DNA of 64,000 nucleotides from Gemmatimonadota bacterium (GTDB lineage: Bacteria > Gemmatimonadota > Gemmatimonadetes > Gemmatimonadales > GWC2-71-9), in contig JANRJZ010000042.1 in NCBI GenBank assembly GCA_033763675.1, forward strand, positions 976 through 64,975, written 5' to 3'. This document shows positions 10,627-17,555 of the stretch, piece after piece. Position 1 is the first letter of the stretch, and every line of letters begins with the position of its first letter. The notes beneath the pieces are model-generated. The model saw only the letters and a program-made list of their open reading frames with translations, ran no database searches and was not told where the DNA came from. A program made the translations under genes and the position numbers.

Positions 10627-10893
10627 TTAACCGAGCGCCGCTTCCATCCGGCGCACCAGCGCGCGGGCCCGCCGCTGGAGCACTGGATGGCGCTCCCAAT
10701 CCAGATAGTCCCGCAGCAGCCGCACCGACTCCACCGTGGGAGCCCCGCCCAGGGCCCCGAGCGCCGCGAACCGGCGCAGCGGGCGCGGGCTGAAGAGGTT
10801 GGCCCGGTGTCGCGCCAGGTGCTGCTCGGCGAGCCACCACCCCAAGGCCGTCCCGGCCAGCAGCCCGAAGAGCACGGCACCCCTCCGCGCCAT
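10627..10893 (-). CDS. hypothetical 88-aa protein, N-terminal TM anchor + HEAT-like repeat
   Basis: Internal ATG of track ORF 10627..11247, overlapping the recR stop as ATGA (10891-10895). Hydrophobic N-terminus (GAVLFGLLAGTALGWWLA), then a HEAT-like pattern (FAALGALGGAPTVESVRLLRDYLDWERHPVLQRRARALV). GC3-rich codons. Confidence 0.45.
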   Translation of the reverse strand: MARRGAVLFGLLAGTALGWWLAEQHLARHRANLFSPRPLRRFAALGALGGAPTVESVRLLRDYLDWERHPVLQRRARALVRRMEAALG

Positions 10894-11483
10894 CAGCGGA
10901 GCTCCTGCCGTGCGCTCAGCGCGTGTGCCAGCGTGACGCCGTCCACGTATTCGAGGTCTCCCCCCATCGGGAGGCCGCGGGCCAGCCGGCTGACCCGGAT
11001 GTCCTGCCCGGCCAGGAGCTGCTGCACGTAGGTCGCGGTCACTTCGCCTTCCATCGAGGGGTTGGTGGCCAGGATGACCTCCCGGACCCCGCCCGCCCGC
11101 ACCCGGGCGACCAGTTGGTCCAGCCGCAAGGACTCCGGACCGACGCCGCTCAGGGGATCCAGCCGCCCGCCGAGCACGTGATAGGTGCCGCGGAACTCCC
11201 CGGCCCGTTCCAGGCTGGCGACCGCCGCCGGCTCCTCTACGACGCACACCAGCCCGGCATCGCGCCGGGGGTCGAGGCAGATCGGGCAGCGATCGGCTTC
11301 GGCCAGGTTGCCGCAGACCGTGCAGGGACGCACCCGCTCCGCCACCTGCACCAGCGCCTGCGCCAGCCGGGCGAGCCGTTCTCCGGGCTGCTGCACCAGA
11401 TGGTGGGCCAGCCGCTGGGCCGTCTTGCGGCCAACGCCGGGCAGCCGGGCGAACTCCGTCACCAGGTCGTCCAGGGCGCCCAC
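10893..11483 (-). CDS. recR: recombination protein RecR
   Basis: HhH N-terminus (LPGVGRKTAQRLAHHL), a C4 zinc finger (CTVCGNLAEADRCPIC) and a Toprim region. Confidence 0.95.
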   Translation of the reverse strand: MGALDDLVTEFARLPGVGRKTAQRLAHHLVQQPGERLARLAQALVQVAERVRPCTVCGNLAEADRCPICLDPRRDAGLVCVVEEPAAVASLERAGEFRGTYHVLGGRLDPLSGVGPESLRLDQLVARVRAGGVREVILATNPSMEGEVTATYVQQLLAGQDIRVSRLARGLPMGGDLEYVDGVTLAHALSARQELR

Positions 11484-11486
11484 AGG

Positions 11487-11795
11487 CTAGAGCGGGAGGT
11501 TGAAGGGGAGCGGGTTCGCCCGCCGCATCTCCTGCTGCAGCGCGTCGGCCGCGCGGCGCTGGGCTTCGGTCACCGCACCCTGCACCAGGTCGGCCAGCAG
11601 CTCGGCGTCACGCCCCGCAAAGACCCCCGGGTCGATCCACAGGCTGCGGATCGCGCCCTTCCCGTCTACCGTGACCCGCACCATGCCGCCGCCCGCCTGG
11701 GCGTCGTAGGTCGAGTCAGCCAGGCTGCGCTGGAGCTCCTGCAGGCGCCCCTGCATCTGCTGGCTGAGCTGCATCAACTGCTGCCAATCTGCCAT
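11487..11795 (-). CDS. ybaB: YbaB/EbfC family nucleoid-associated protein
   Basis: 102 aa with the typical MQ..QQMQ..LQE N-terminus and GGGMVRVTVDGKG core. Sits in the classic dnaX-ybaB-recR context. Confidence 0.9.
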   Translation of the reverse strand: MADWQQLMQLSQQMQGRLQELQRSLADSTYDAQAGGGMVRVTVDGKGAIRSLWIDPGVFAGRDAELLADLVQGAVTEAQRRAADALQQEMRRANPLPFNLPL

Positions 11796-11867
11796 GAAGT
11801 ATCGCTAAGTCCCTGCAAAGTCTGAGGAAAGTAGGGGCCCCGGGGGGCCAAGGCAAGCAAGCCCAAG

Positions 11868-13532
11868 CTAATCCAGCACCTCGAGATCGAGGCTGTCGGC
11901 CGCCGCCTCGAGCGCGGGGTCCCGCCCCTTGAGCACCTTGAGCCGTTCGGCCCGGGACTCCGCCTCGCTGAGGCGCCGGGCCCGGGGGCTGGCCGGGGCA
12001 CTCCCCGCCCCGCTGATGCCGAGCCGGACCGGTGCCCCCAGGACCCTGGCAAGCAGCGCCTGCACGGCGTCCTGCTGACGTTCCAGCGCCTCGAGGTGCA
12101 TCGGATTGCCATCGGCGACGCTGAGCCCCACCAGGGGCGGATCGGCCGATACCGGGCGGGCGGCCGCCAGCGCCTCACCCAGGAACCGCCCCTGGGCCCG
12201 GGCCACCAGTACGAGCTCCGGCCAGACGCGCTGCAGCCCGTCGAGGGTGAATTCTGCGCGCAGTTCCGGGGCCGGAAGCGTTGATGGCTCGGTGACTCGG
12301 CGACTCGGGGGCTCGACGGCTCGAGGGCTGGGCGGCTCGACGGCTCGACGGCCGGGTGGCGGGGCCGATGGGCCACCCTCGCCGGCCGGCGGGGGCGCCC
12401 CACCCAGGAGGGCCTCCAGGTTCACGGTCCGGTCCAGCAGGACCCAGCGCAGGAGGAGGGTCTCGACCGAGAGGCGCGGGCTGGAGCTCTTCCGGATGCC
12501 GCCCTCGGATTCGCCGAGCAGCTTGAGCATGCGCAGGAGGTCCCCCTGGGAAAGCTGTCCGCGATACCGCTCCAGGGTGTGCTGCATGGCTTCGGTCAGC
12601 CCCTCGGGCCGGGCCCCGACTTCGAGCATGAGGAGCGAGCGGAGCACCTCCCCGGCGCCCCCCATGAACTCCACGAGGTCCGCGCCGGCCTCGTCCAGGC
12701 GGTCGAGGAGGGCGAAGACTCCGGCGGGCCGGCGCTCGGTGAGGAGGGCGAGGAGCTCATCATAGACTTCGTCGGCAACCAGGCCGAGGATCTCCCGCAC
12801 GCGGAGGGCCGTGACCCCGCCCTCGCCGAAGGAGAGACACTGGTCGAGGACCGAGAGGGCATCCCGCATCCCGCCATCGGCCTGGCGGGCGATGAGGGTG
12901 AGGGCATCGTCGTCGGCCTCGATCCGCTCCTCGGCCAGGACCCCGCGCAGCCGGTCCCGGATCGCGGTGGGGCCGATGCGGCGGAAGTCGAACCGCTGCA
13001 GCCGCGAGAGCACGGGAGCGGCCATCTGGGCGATCTTCTGCGGCTCCGTGGTGGCGAAGACGAACACCACGCCGGGGGGCGGCTCCTCGAGGATCTTGAG
13101 CAGCGCATTCCAGGCTTCCCGGGTGAGCATGTGGGCCTCGTCCACGATATACACCTTGTGGTGGCCCTCCTTGCTCGCCGCGTACATGGCCCGCTCCCGC
13201 AGCTCCCGGGCGTCGTCCACCCCGCGGTTGCTGGCGGCGTCAATCTCGACCACGTCGAGGCTGGCCGACCCATGCCAGATCCGCTGGCAGCTCTCGCACT
13301 CGCCACAGGGCTCCCCGGCGGGTTCCACCTGGCCCTTCCGCTCGCAGTTGAGCGCCATGGCCAGGATGCGGGCCGCCGTCGTCTTTCCGACCCCCCGCGG
13401 GCCGGTCAGCAGGTACCCGTGCCCCACCCGTCCCTTGAGCACGGCGCCGCGAAGCACCTGGGCCACATGGTCCTGGACGAGCAGATCACTGAAGCGGCGG
13501 GGACGGTACTTCCGGGCAAGCGCGAGGGCCAT
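11868..13532 (-). CDS. dnaX: DNA polymerase III subunit gamma/tau
   Basis: ALARKYRPRRFSDLLVQDHV..., Walker A GPRGVGKTT, a zinc module (CGECESC) and the SRL motif region. Confidence 0.95.
   Translation of the reverse strand: MALALARKYRPRRFSDLLVQDHVAQVLRGAVLKGRVGHGYLLTGPRGVGKTTAARILAMALNCERKGQVEPAGEPCGECESCQRIWHGSASLDVVEIDAASNRGVDDARELRERAMYAASKEGHHKVYIVDEAHMLTREAWNALLKILEEPPPGVVFVFATTEPQKIAQMAAPVLSRLQRFDFRRIGPTAIRDRLRGVLAEERIEADDDALTLIARQADGGMRDALSVLDQCLSFGEGGVTALRVREILGLVADEVYDELLALLTERRPAGVFALLDRLDEAGADLVEFMGGAGEVLRSLLMLEVGARPEGLTEAMQHTLERYRGQLSQGDLLRMLKLLGESEGGIRKSSSPRLSVETLLLRWVLLDRTVNLEALLGGAPPPAGEGGPSAPPPGRRAVEPPSPRAVEPPSRRVTEPSTLPAPELRAEFTLDGLQRVWPELVLVARAQGRFLGEALAAARPVSADPPLVGLSVADGNPMHLEALERQQDAVQALLARVLGAPVRLGISGAGSAPASPRARRLSEAESRAERLKVLKGRDPALEAAADSLDLEVLD
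12276..12347. repeat. 24-nt tandem repeat (about 3 copies, third degenerate) inside the dnaX linker
   Basis: The minus strand encodes RAVEPPSP / RAVEPPSR / RVTEPSTL. On the plus strand the cores actcgggggctcgacggc (12303-12320) and gctgggcggctcgacggc (12327-12344) sit 24 nt apart. Confidence 0.6.
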
Positions 13533-13631
13533 GAGGGGAAAGTAGCGGGCTCGGCGGCTCGGCGGCAGGACGGGGGAACCGGGAAGGGGGAACGGGGCCT
13601 ACACCGGGCGACGCCCGCGGGTTACATTCCC

Positions 13632-13734
13632 GGTGCCCCAGGTCCGAAGGGCGCTGGCGCGCGAACCGCGTCAGGACCTCGCCGGTAGCAGCGCTAAGCG
13701 ATGTCCAGTGTCGCTTCGGGGTGCTTGGGGCACT
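13632..13734 (+). ncRNA. ffs: signal recognition particle RNA (small 4.5S type)
   Basis: The plus strand has the helix-8 signature GUCAGG-ACCUCGCCGGU-AGCAGC-GCUAAG (E. coli: GUCAGG-UCCGGAAGGA-AGCAGC-CAAGG). The termini pair over 11 positions, 9 Watson-Crick and 2 G-U (5' GGUGCCCCAGG at 13632-13642 with CUUGGGGCACU at 13724-13734). A TACATT -10-like hexamer lies at 13623-13628. The locus is next to dnaX, the usual neighbourhood, but divergent from it. Confidence 0.65.
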
Positions 13735-13804
13735 TCCTTTCCTCACCGCGATTCTCCCGCGGAATCTCCATCGTCACACGCCGGGCCCCTCACGGAGCCG
13801 CCGC

Positions 13805-15574
13805 ATGACATTGACCTCGCTCGACTGGGCCATCGTCATCCTGTCCGTCGCGCTCTCCTTCCTCCCTGCCCTGCTGCTGGCGCGGCGGGCGGGCAAGAGC
13901 ACGGCGGAGTTCTTCACCTCGGGCCGGGCCGCGCCCTGGTGGCTGATCGGCGTCTCGATGGTCGCCACGACGTTCAGTACCGACACACCCAACCTGGTCA
14001 CTAACCTGGTGCGGGAGAAGGGCGTCGCCAACAACTGGGCGTGGTGGTCCTTCCTGCTGACCGGCATGGCCACGGTGTTCTTCTACGCCCGCCTCTGGCG
14101 GCGCACCGGGGTGCTCACCGACCTCGAGTTCTATGAGCTCCGCTATTCCGGCCGCGAGGCCTCGCTGGTCCGCGGCTTCCGCGCCCTCTACCTCGGCCTC
14201 TTCTTCAACTGCGTGATCATGGCCACGGTTAACCTGGCCGCCGCCAAGATCGCCAACGTGGTGCTGGGGTGGCCCATCGGGCAGACCCTGCTGATCTGCG
14301 CCGGGCTCAATATCGTCTTCGCCGCCACTTCCGGGCTCTGGGGCGTGCTGGTCACCGACTTCCTGCAGTTCGGCATCGCGATGACCGGCGCCGTGGCGCT
14401 GGCCGTCTTCTCGCTCCGGCAGCCGGAGGTCGGGGGGCTCGCCGGGCTCATTGCCCGCACCGATCCCGCCACCCTCAACCTGGTGCCCGACTTCGGGGAC
14501 TGGGGGCTCACCCTCTCCCTGCTGGTCATCCCGCTTACCGTGCAGTGGTGGTCCGTCTGGTACCCCGGGTCGGAGCCGGGAGGCGGCAGCTACATCGCGC
14601 AGCGGATGCTGGCCGCGAAGAGCGAGCGCGACGCCCTCTCCGGCACCCTGTTCTTCAACGTGGCGCACTACGCGCTGCGCAGCTGGCCGTGGATCATCGT
14701 GGCGCTCTGTTCGCTGCTGGTCTTCCCCACGCTCGACGACATCGCCCGCACCTTCCCGTACGTGGACCCGGCACTCATCGGGCACGACATGGCCTACCCG
14801 GCCATGCTCAAGTTCCTCCCGGCCGGCTTCCTGGGAGTCATGATCGCGGGGATGCTGGCGGCCTACATCTCCACGATGTCCACCCACCTCAACTGGGGCA
14901 CCAGCTACCTGGTGCACGACTTCTACCGCCGCTTCCTCCGCGCCGACGCGACCGAGGCCCACTACGTGCTGGTGGGCCGGGTGGTCACCGCGCTCCTGAT
15001 GCTCGTTGCGGCGGGCGTCACGCTGGTCCTCGACACCGCCCGGGCGTCGTTCGACCTGATGCTCTCCATCGGTGCCGGCACCGGCCTGCTGTACCTGCTG
15101 CGCTGGTTCTGGTGGCGGGTGAACGCCTGGAGCGAGATCGCGGCCATGGCGGTGAGCTTCCTGGTCACCGTGGGATTCGTGGTGGCCGCGCGGAACGGGT
15201 ACCCTCTCGCCTCCCACGTGCAGCTCATCGCGACGGTGCTCATCACCACGGGGGCGTGGGTCGCCACGACCTTCCTGACGGCTCCGACGGCCCGGGACCG
15301 CCTGGTGGACTTCTATCGCCGCGTGCGACCGGGTGGCCCGGGGTGGAAGCCGATCCAGGCGGAAGCCGGGGTGGGCCCCTCGCCCGACAACCTCCCCCAG
15401 GCGCTCCTGGGCTGGATGCTCGGCATCGCCTTCGTGTATGCGGCGCTCTTCGGCACCGGCAGCTTCCTGTACGGGAGAACCCCGCAGGCGCTGGTCTGGC
15501 TGGCGGTCTGCGTGGGGAGCGGAATGGGGCTGGTGCGGCTGGTGCCACGCCTCTGGGGCAGCAGCACGCGCTAG
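13805..15574 (+). CDS. sodium:solute symporter (SSS) family transporter, paralog 1
   Basis: ATG at 13805 is in frame with track ORF 13721..15574, whose upstream part would overlap the SRP RNA. It is a polytopic protein with an SSS N-terminus (AEFFTSGRAAPWWLIGVSMVATTFSTDTP). By eye it is about 40-45% identical to the 54555..56201 product. Confidence 0.85.
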   Translation: MTLTSLDWAIVILSVALSFLPALLLARRAGKSTAEFFTSGRAAPWWLIGVSMVATTFSTDTPNLVTNLVREKGVANNWAWWSFLLTGMATVFFYARLWRRTGVLTDLEFYELRYSGREASLVRGFRALYLGLFFNCVIMATVNLAAAKIANVVLGWPIGQTLLICAGLNIVFAATSGLWGVLVTDFLQFGIAMTGAVALAVFSLRQPEVGGLAGLIARTDPATLNLVPDFGDWGLTLSLLVIPLTVQWWSVWYPGSEPGGGSYIAQRMLAAKSERDALSGTLFFNVAHYALRSWPWIIVALCSLLVFPTLDDIARTFPYVDPALIGHDMAYPAMLKFLPAGFLGVMIAGMLAAYISTMSTHLNWGTSYLVHDFYRRFLRADATEAHYVLVGRVVTALLMLVAAGVTLVLDTARASFDLMLSIGAGTGLLYLLRWFWWRVNAWSEIAAMAVSFLVTVGFVVAARNGYPLASHVQLIATVLITTGAWVATTFLTAPTARDRLVDFYRRVRPGGPGWKPIQAEAGVGPSPDNLPQALLGWMLGIAFVYAALFGTGSFLYGRTPQALVWLAVCVGSGMGLVRLVPRLWGSSTR

Positions 15575-16653
15575 CGGACCAGCAGCTCCAGTTCCCCTTG
15601 CGCGGCCGCGAGCGCGGCCGCCAGCCGGAGCTGGACCCGTGCCCGGTCCAGGTTCTGGCCCGCACGGCTGGTGCGGTAATAACGGTCCCCCTCGAGATAG
15701 TCCCCCAGGAACCGGAGACCCTGCTCGTAGCAGAGCACCACCCCGGCCGTGACGAACAGCTCCCGCTCCGCGGCCGTGAGCGCGGCGGCGCCCAGGCCCG
15801 CGGTGAAACCCGCCACCAGCACGCGGAAACGATCACGGTCCACCGCGACCGGCTCAGTCGCCGGCGCATCCTCCGCCACCGTTCCCACCCCCGAGCGCAG
15901 CAGGTCGCCGACGTCGTGCAGCCGGAGTCCGGGCATGACGGTATCGAGGTCCACCACCGCCACCCCTGCCCCGCTCGACGCGTCCAGCAGCACGTTGGCC
16001 GCCTTCGCGTCGTTGTGGGCGATCGTCTCCGGGAGCCCCGCCCCGGCGAGCGCCCCGGCCCACCGCTGGTGCTCGAGGGCGAAGGCGACCTCCGCCGCTG
16101 CCGCGCGCGACCGGTCGGGATCCGCCGCGGCGAGTGCTGCCTCGAACCGGCGCAGCCGGGCCGGCGTATCGTGGAAACCGGGGAGTGGGGACCGGAGCGG
16201 AGGGCCGTCGTAACTCGCCATCAGCGCGTGAAACCGGCCGAACGCGCTGCCGACCGCATGCACCTCCGCCGCGCTGCCCGCCTCGCGGATGGCCCGGGTC
16301 CCCTCCAGCCAGGGAAACAGGCGCCACCATGCCCCCGCCTCATCCGGGACGCCCAGGCGACCCTCCGGCGTCCGGAGCGGTTCGGCAACGCGCCAGCGGG
16401 CTTCGGGCCATCCGGCGGCGCACGCGGCATTCCGCAGGTGCGCGGAGACCTGGACACAGTTCTCGAGCACTGCCGTGGCGTCGGGGAACACCGCCGGATT
16501 CAGGCGCTGCAGCAGGAAACGGCCCGCCAGGTCCGGCCGGGTGCCGGTGATCCGCCAGGCCGCGTTGATGTGCCCGCCACCGACCGGCTCCGGTGCCCCC
16601 AGCGACTCCACGCCGAATGCCGTGAGGATGCCGGCGAGGCCCGCAGGCGTCAT
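15571..16653 (-). CDS. APH/ChoK-fold sugar kinase, NahK/AmgK-like (anomeric N-acetylhexosamine/MurNAc kinase candidate)
   Basis: Start MTPAGLAGIL at 16653 overlaps the upstream stop (ATGA). Motifs are GGGHINAAWRI (the NahK-type GxGxIN), catalytic HNDAKAANVLLD, and VVDLDT. The rest of track ORF 15571..17433 is an out-of-gene extension through the upstream gene. Confidence 0.7.
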   Translation of the reverse strand: MTPAGLAGILTAFGVESLGAPEPVGGGHINAAWRITGTRPDLAGRFLLQRLNPAVFPDATAVLENCVQVSAHLRNAACAAGWPEARWRVAEPLRTPEGRLGVPDEAGAWWRLFPWLEGTRAIREAGSAAEVHAVGSAFGRFHALMASYDGPPLRSPLPGFHDTPARLRRFEAALAAADPDRSRAAAAEVAFALEHQRWAGALAGAGLPETIAHNDAKAANVLLDASSGAGVAVVDLDTVMPGLRLHDVGDLLRSGVGTVAEDAPATEPVAVDRDRFRVLVAGFTAGLGAAALTAAERELFVTAGVVLCYEQGLRFLGDYLEGDRYYRTSRAGQNLDRARVQLRLAAALAAAQGELELLVR

Positions 16654-17555
16654 GGCCAGAGGGCCCCGGGATACTCGCCCCGGTCTACCAGCGCCTGCAG
16701 CTCGCGCTGTACCCAGGGCCGGTCGCCAGGGTAGGTGACGCCGCACCACCGACTGGTCGTGGGCAGCACGGTGACCCGGGCCTCGCCGGCCGCGATGCCG
16801 TGCGCCACCGAGTCGGGGAGGTAGCACTCCGCGTCGTTGGCCGGGCCCGCCTCGAGAAAGCGCCGGAAGTCGCGCTCGAGGAGGGGAAAGATGCCGGAGG
16901 AAAACGCCCACAGGTTCATCGACACCGGGGTCGTGGCCGGCACCCGCAGGCGCCGGCCGTCGCGCTCCCCCTCGAACCACCCCGGCTCCGTCAGGACCAG
17001 TCGGCGGGTTTCGGACGCCTGCTCCAGGGTCCCGTCGGGCCGCGCGCCAAGCAAGGCCCGGTTCACTCCGCCGGAGGGACTGGCGGTCTGCTCCAGCGGG
17101 TACCCGATGACCGCGTGGGTGGTGGACTGCTCCGGCTGTCCGGCGAGGAACCGGGCCGCGGCGGTGATCGCGTCCCGGCCGTAGAAGTCGTCGGCGTTGA
17201 GGACGGCGAAGTGCCCCGGCACGGCCGCGCGCGCCGCCAGCACCGCCTGCGTGGTGCCCCACGGGCGGGTGCGCCCGGGAGGAACCGTGTGGGGCGACGG
17301 GAGGTCCTCGAGGCGCTGCAGCACCGTCCGCACCGGCAGGCGGGGGCGGTACCGGGCCCCCAGCTGCTGCTCGAACGCTTCCTCCATCTCGGGGCGGATC
17401 ACGAAGACGATGGCCCCATAACCGGCGCGCCACCCGTCATGGACGGCATAGTCCATGAGGGTGGCGCCCCCCGGGCCAAGCGGATCGAGTTGCTTGAGTC
17501 CCCCGTAGCGGCTGCCCAGCCCGGCGGCGAGCAGCACGAGGGCCGGGGCGCTCAC
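16650..17555 (-). CDS. sugar-phosphate nucleotidyltransferase
   Basis: N-terminal NTP-binding loop LLAAGLGSRYGGLKQ. The GTG start overlaps the M14 stop (GTGA, 17552-17555). Translationally coupled to the downstream kinase. Confidence 0.7.
   Translation of the reverse strand: MSAPALVLLAAGLGSRYGGLKQLDPLGPGGATLMDYAVHDGWRAGYGAIVFVIRPEMEEAFEQQLGARYRPRLPVRTVLQRLEDLPSPHTVPPGRTRPWGTTQAVLAARAAVPGHFAVLNADDFYGRDAITAAARFLAGQPEQSTTHAVIGYPLEQTASPSGGVNRALLGARPDGTLEQASETRRLVLTEPGWFEGERDGRRLRVPATTPVSMNLWAFSSGIFPLLERDFRRFLEAGPANDAECYLPDSVAHGIAAGEARVTVLPTTSRWCGVTYPGDRPWVQRELQALVDRGEYPGALWP

Noticed and set aside
11868-13532. Programmed frameshift or slippage site in dnaX, as in E. coli or Thermus.
   Set aside because: There is no A-rich slippery run (T-run on the plus strand) in the gene, so there is no evidence for it.
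15571-17433. N-terminal extensions in the ORF track that run through the upstream gene:
- 15571..17433
- 17552..20527
- 24887..26746
- 30664..31869
- 32133..32831
- 33309..35246
- 41887..44358
- 44211..46214
- 56198..58522
- 57628..59115
- 61567..63024
   Set aside because: The family-typical N-terminus or signal peptide begins at an internal ATG or GTG. That start often sits exactly at an ATGA/GTGA junction with the upstream stop, and the extension sequence is low-complexity.
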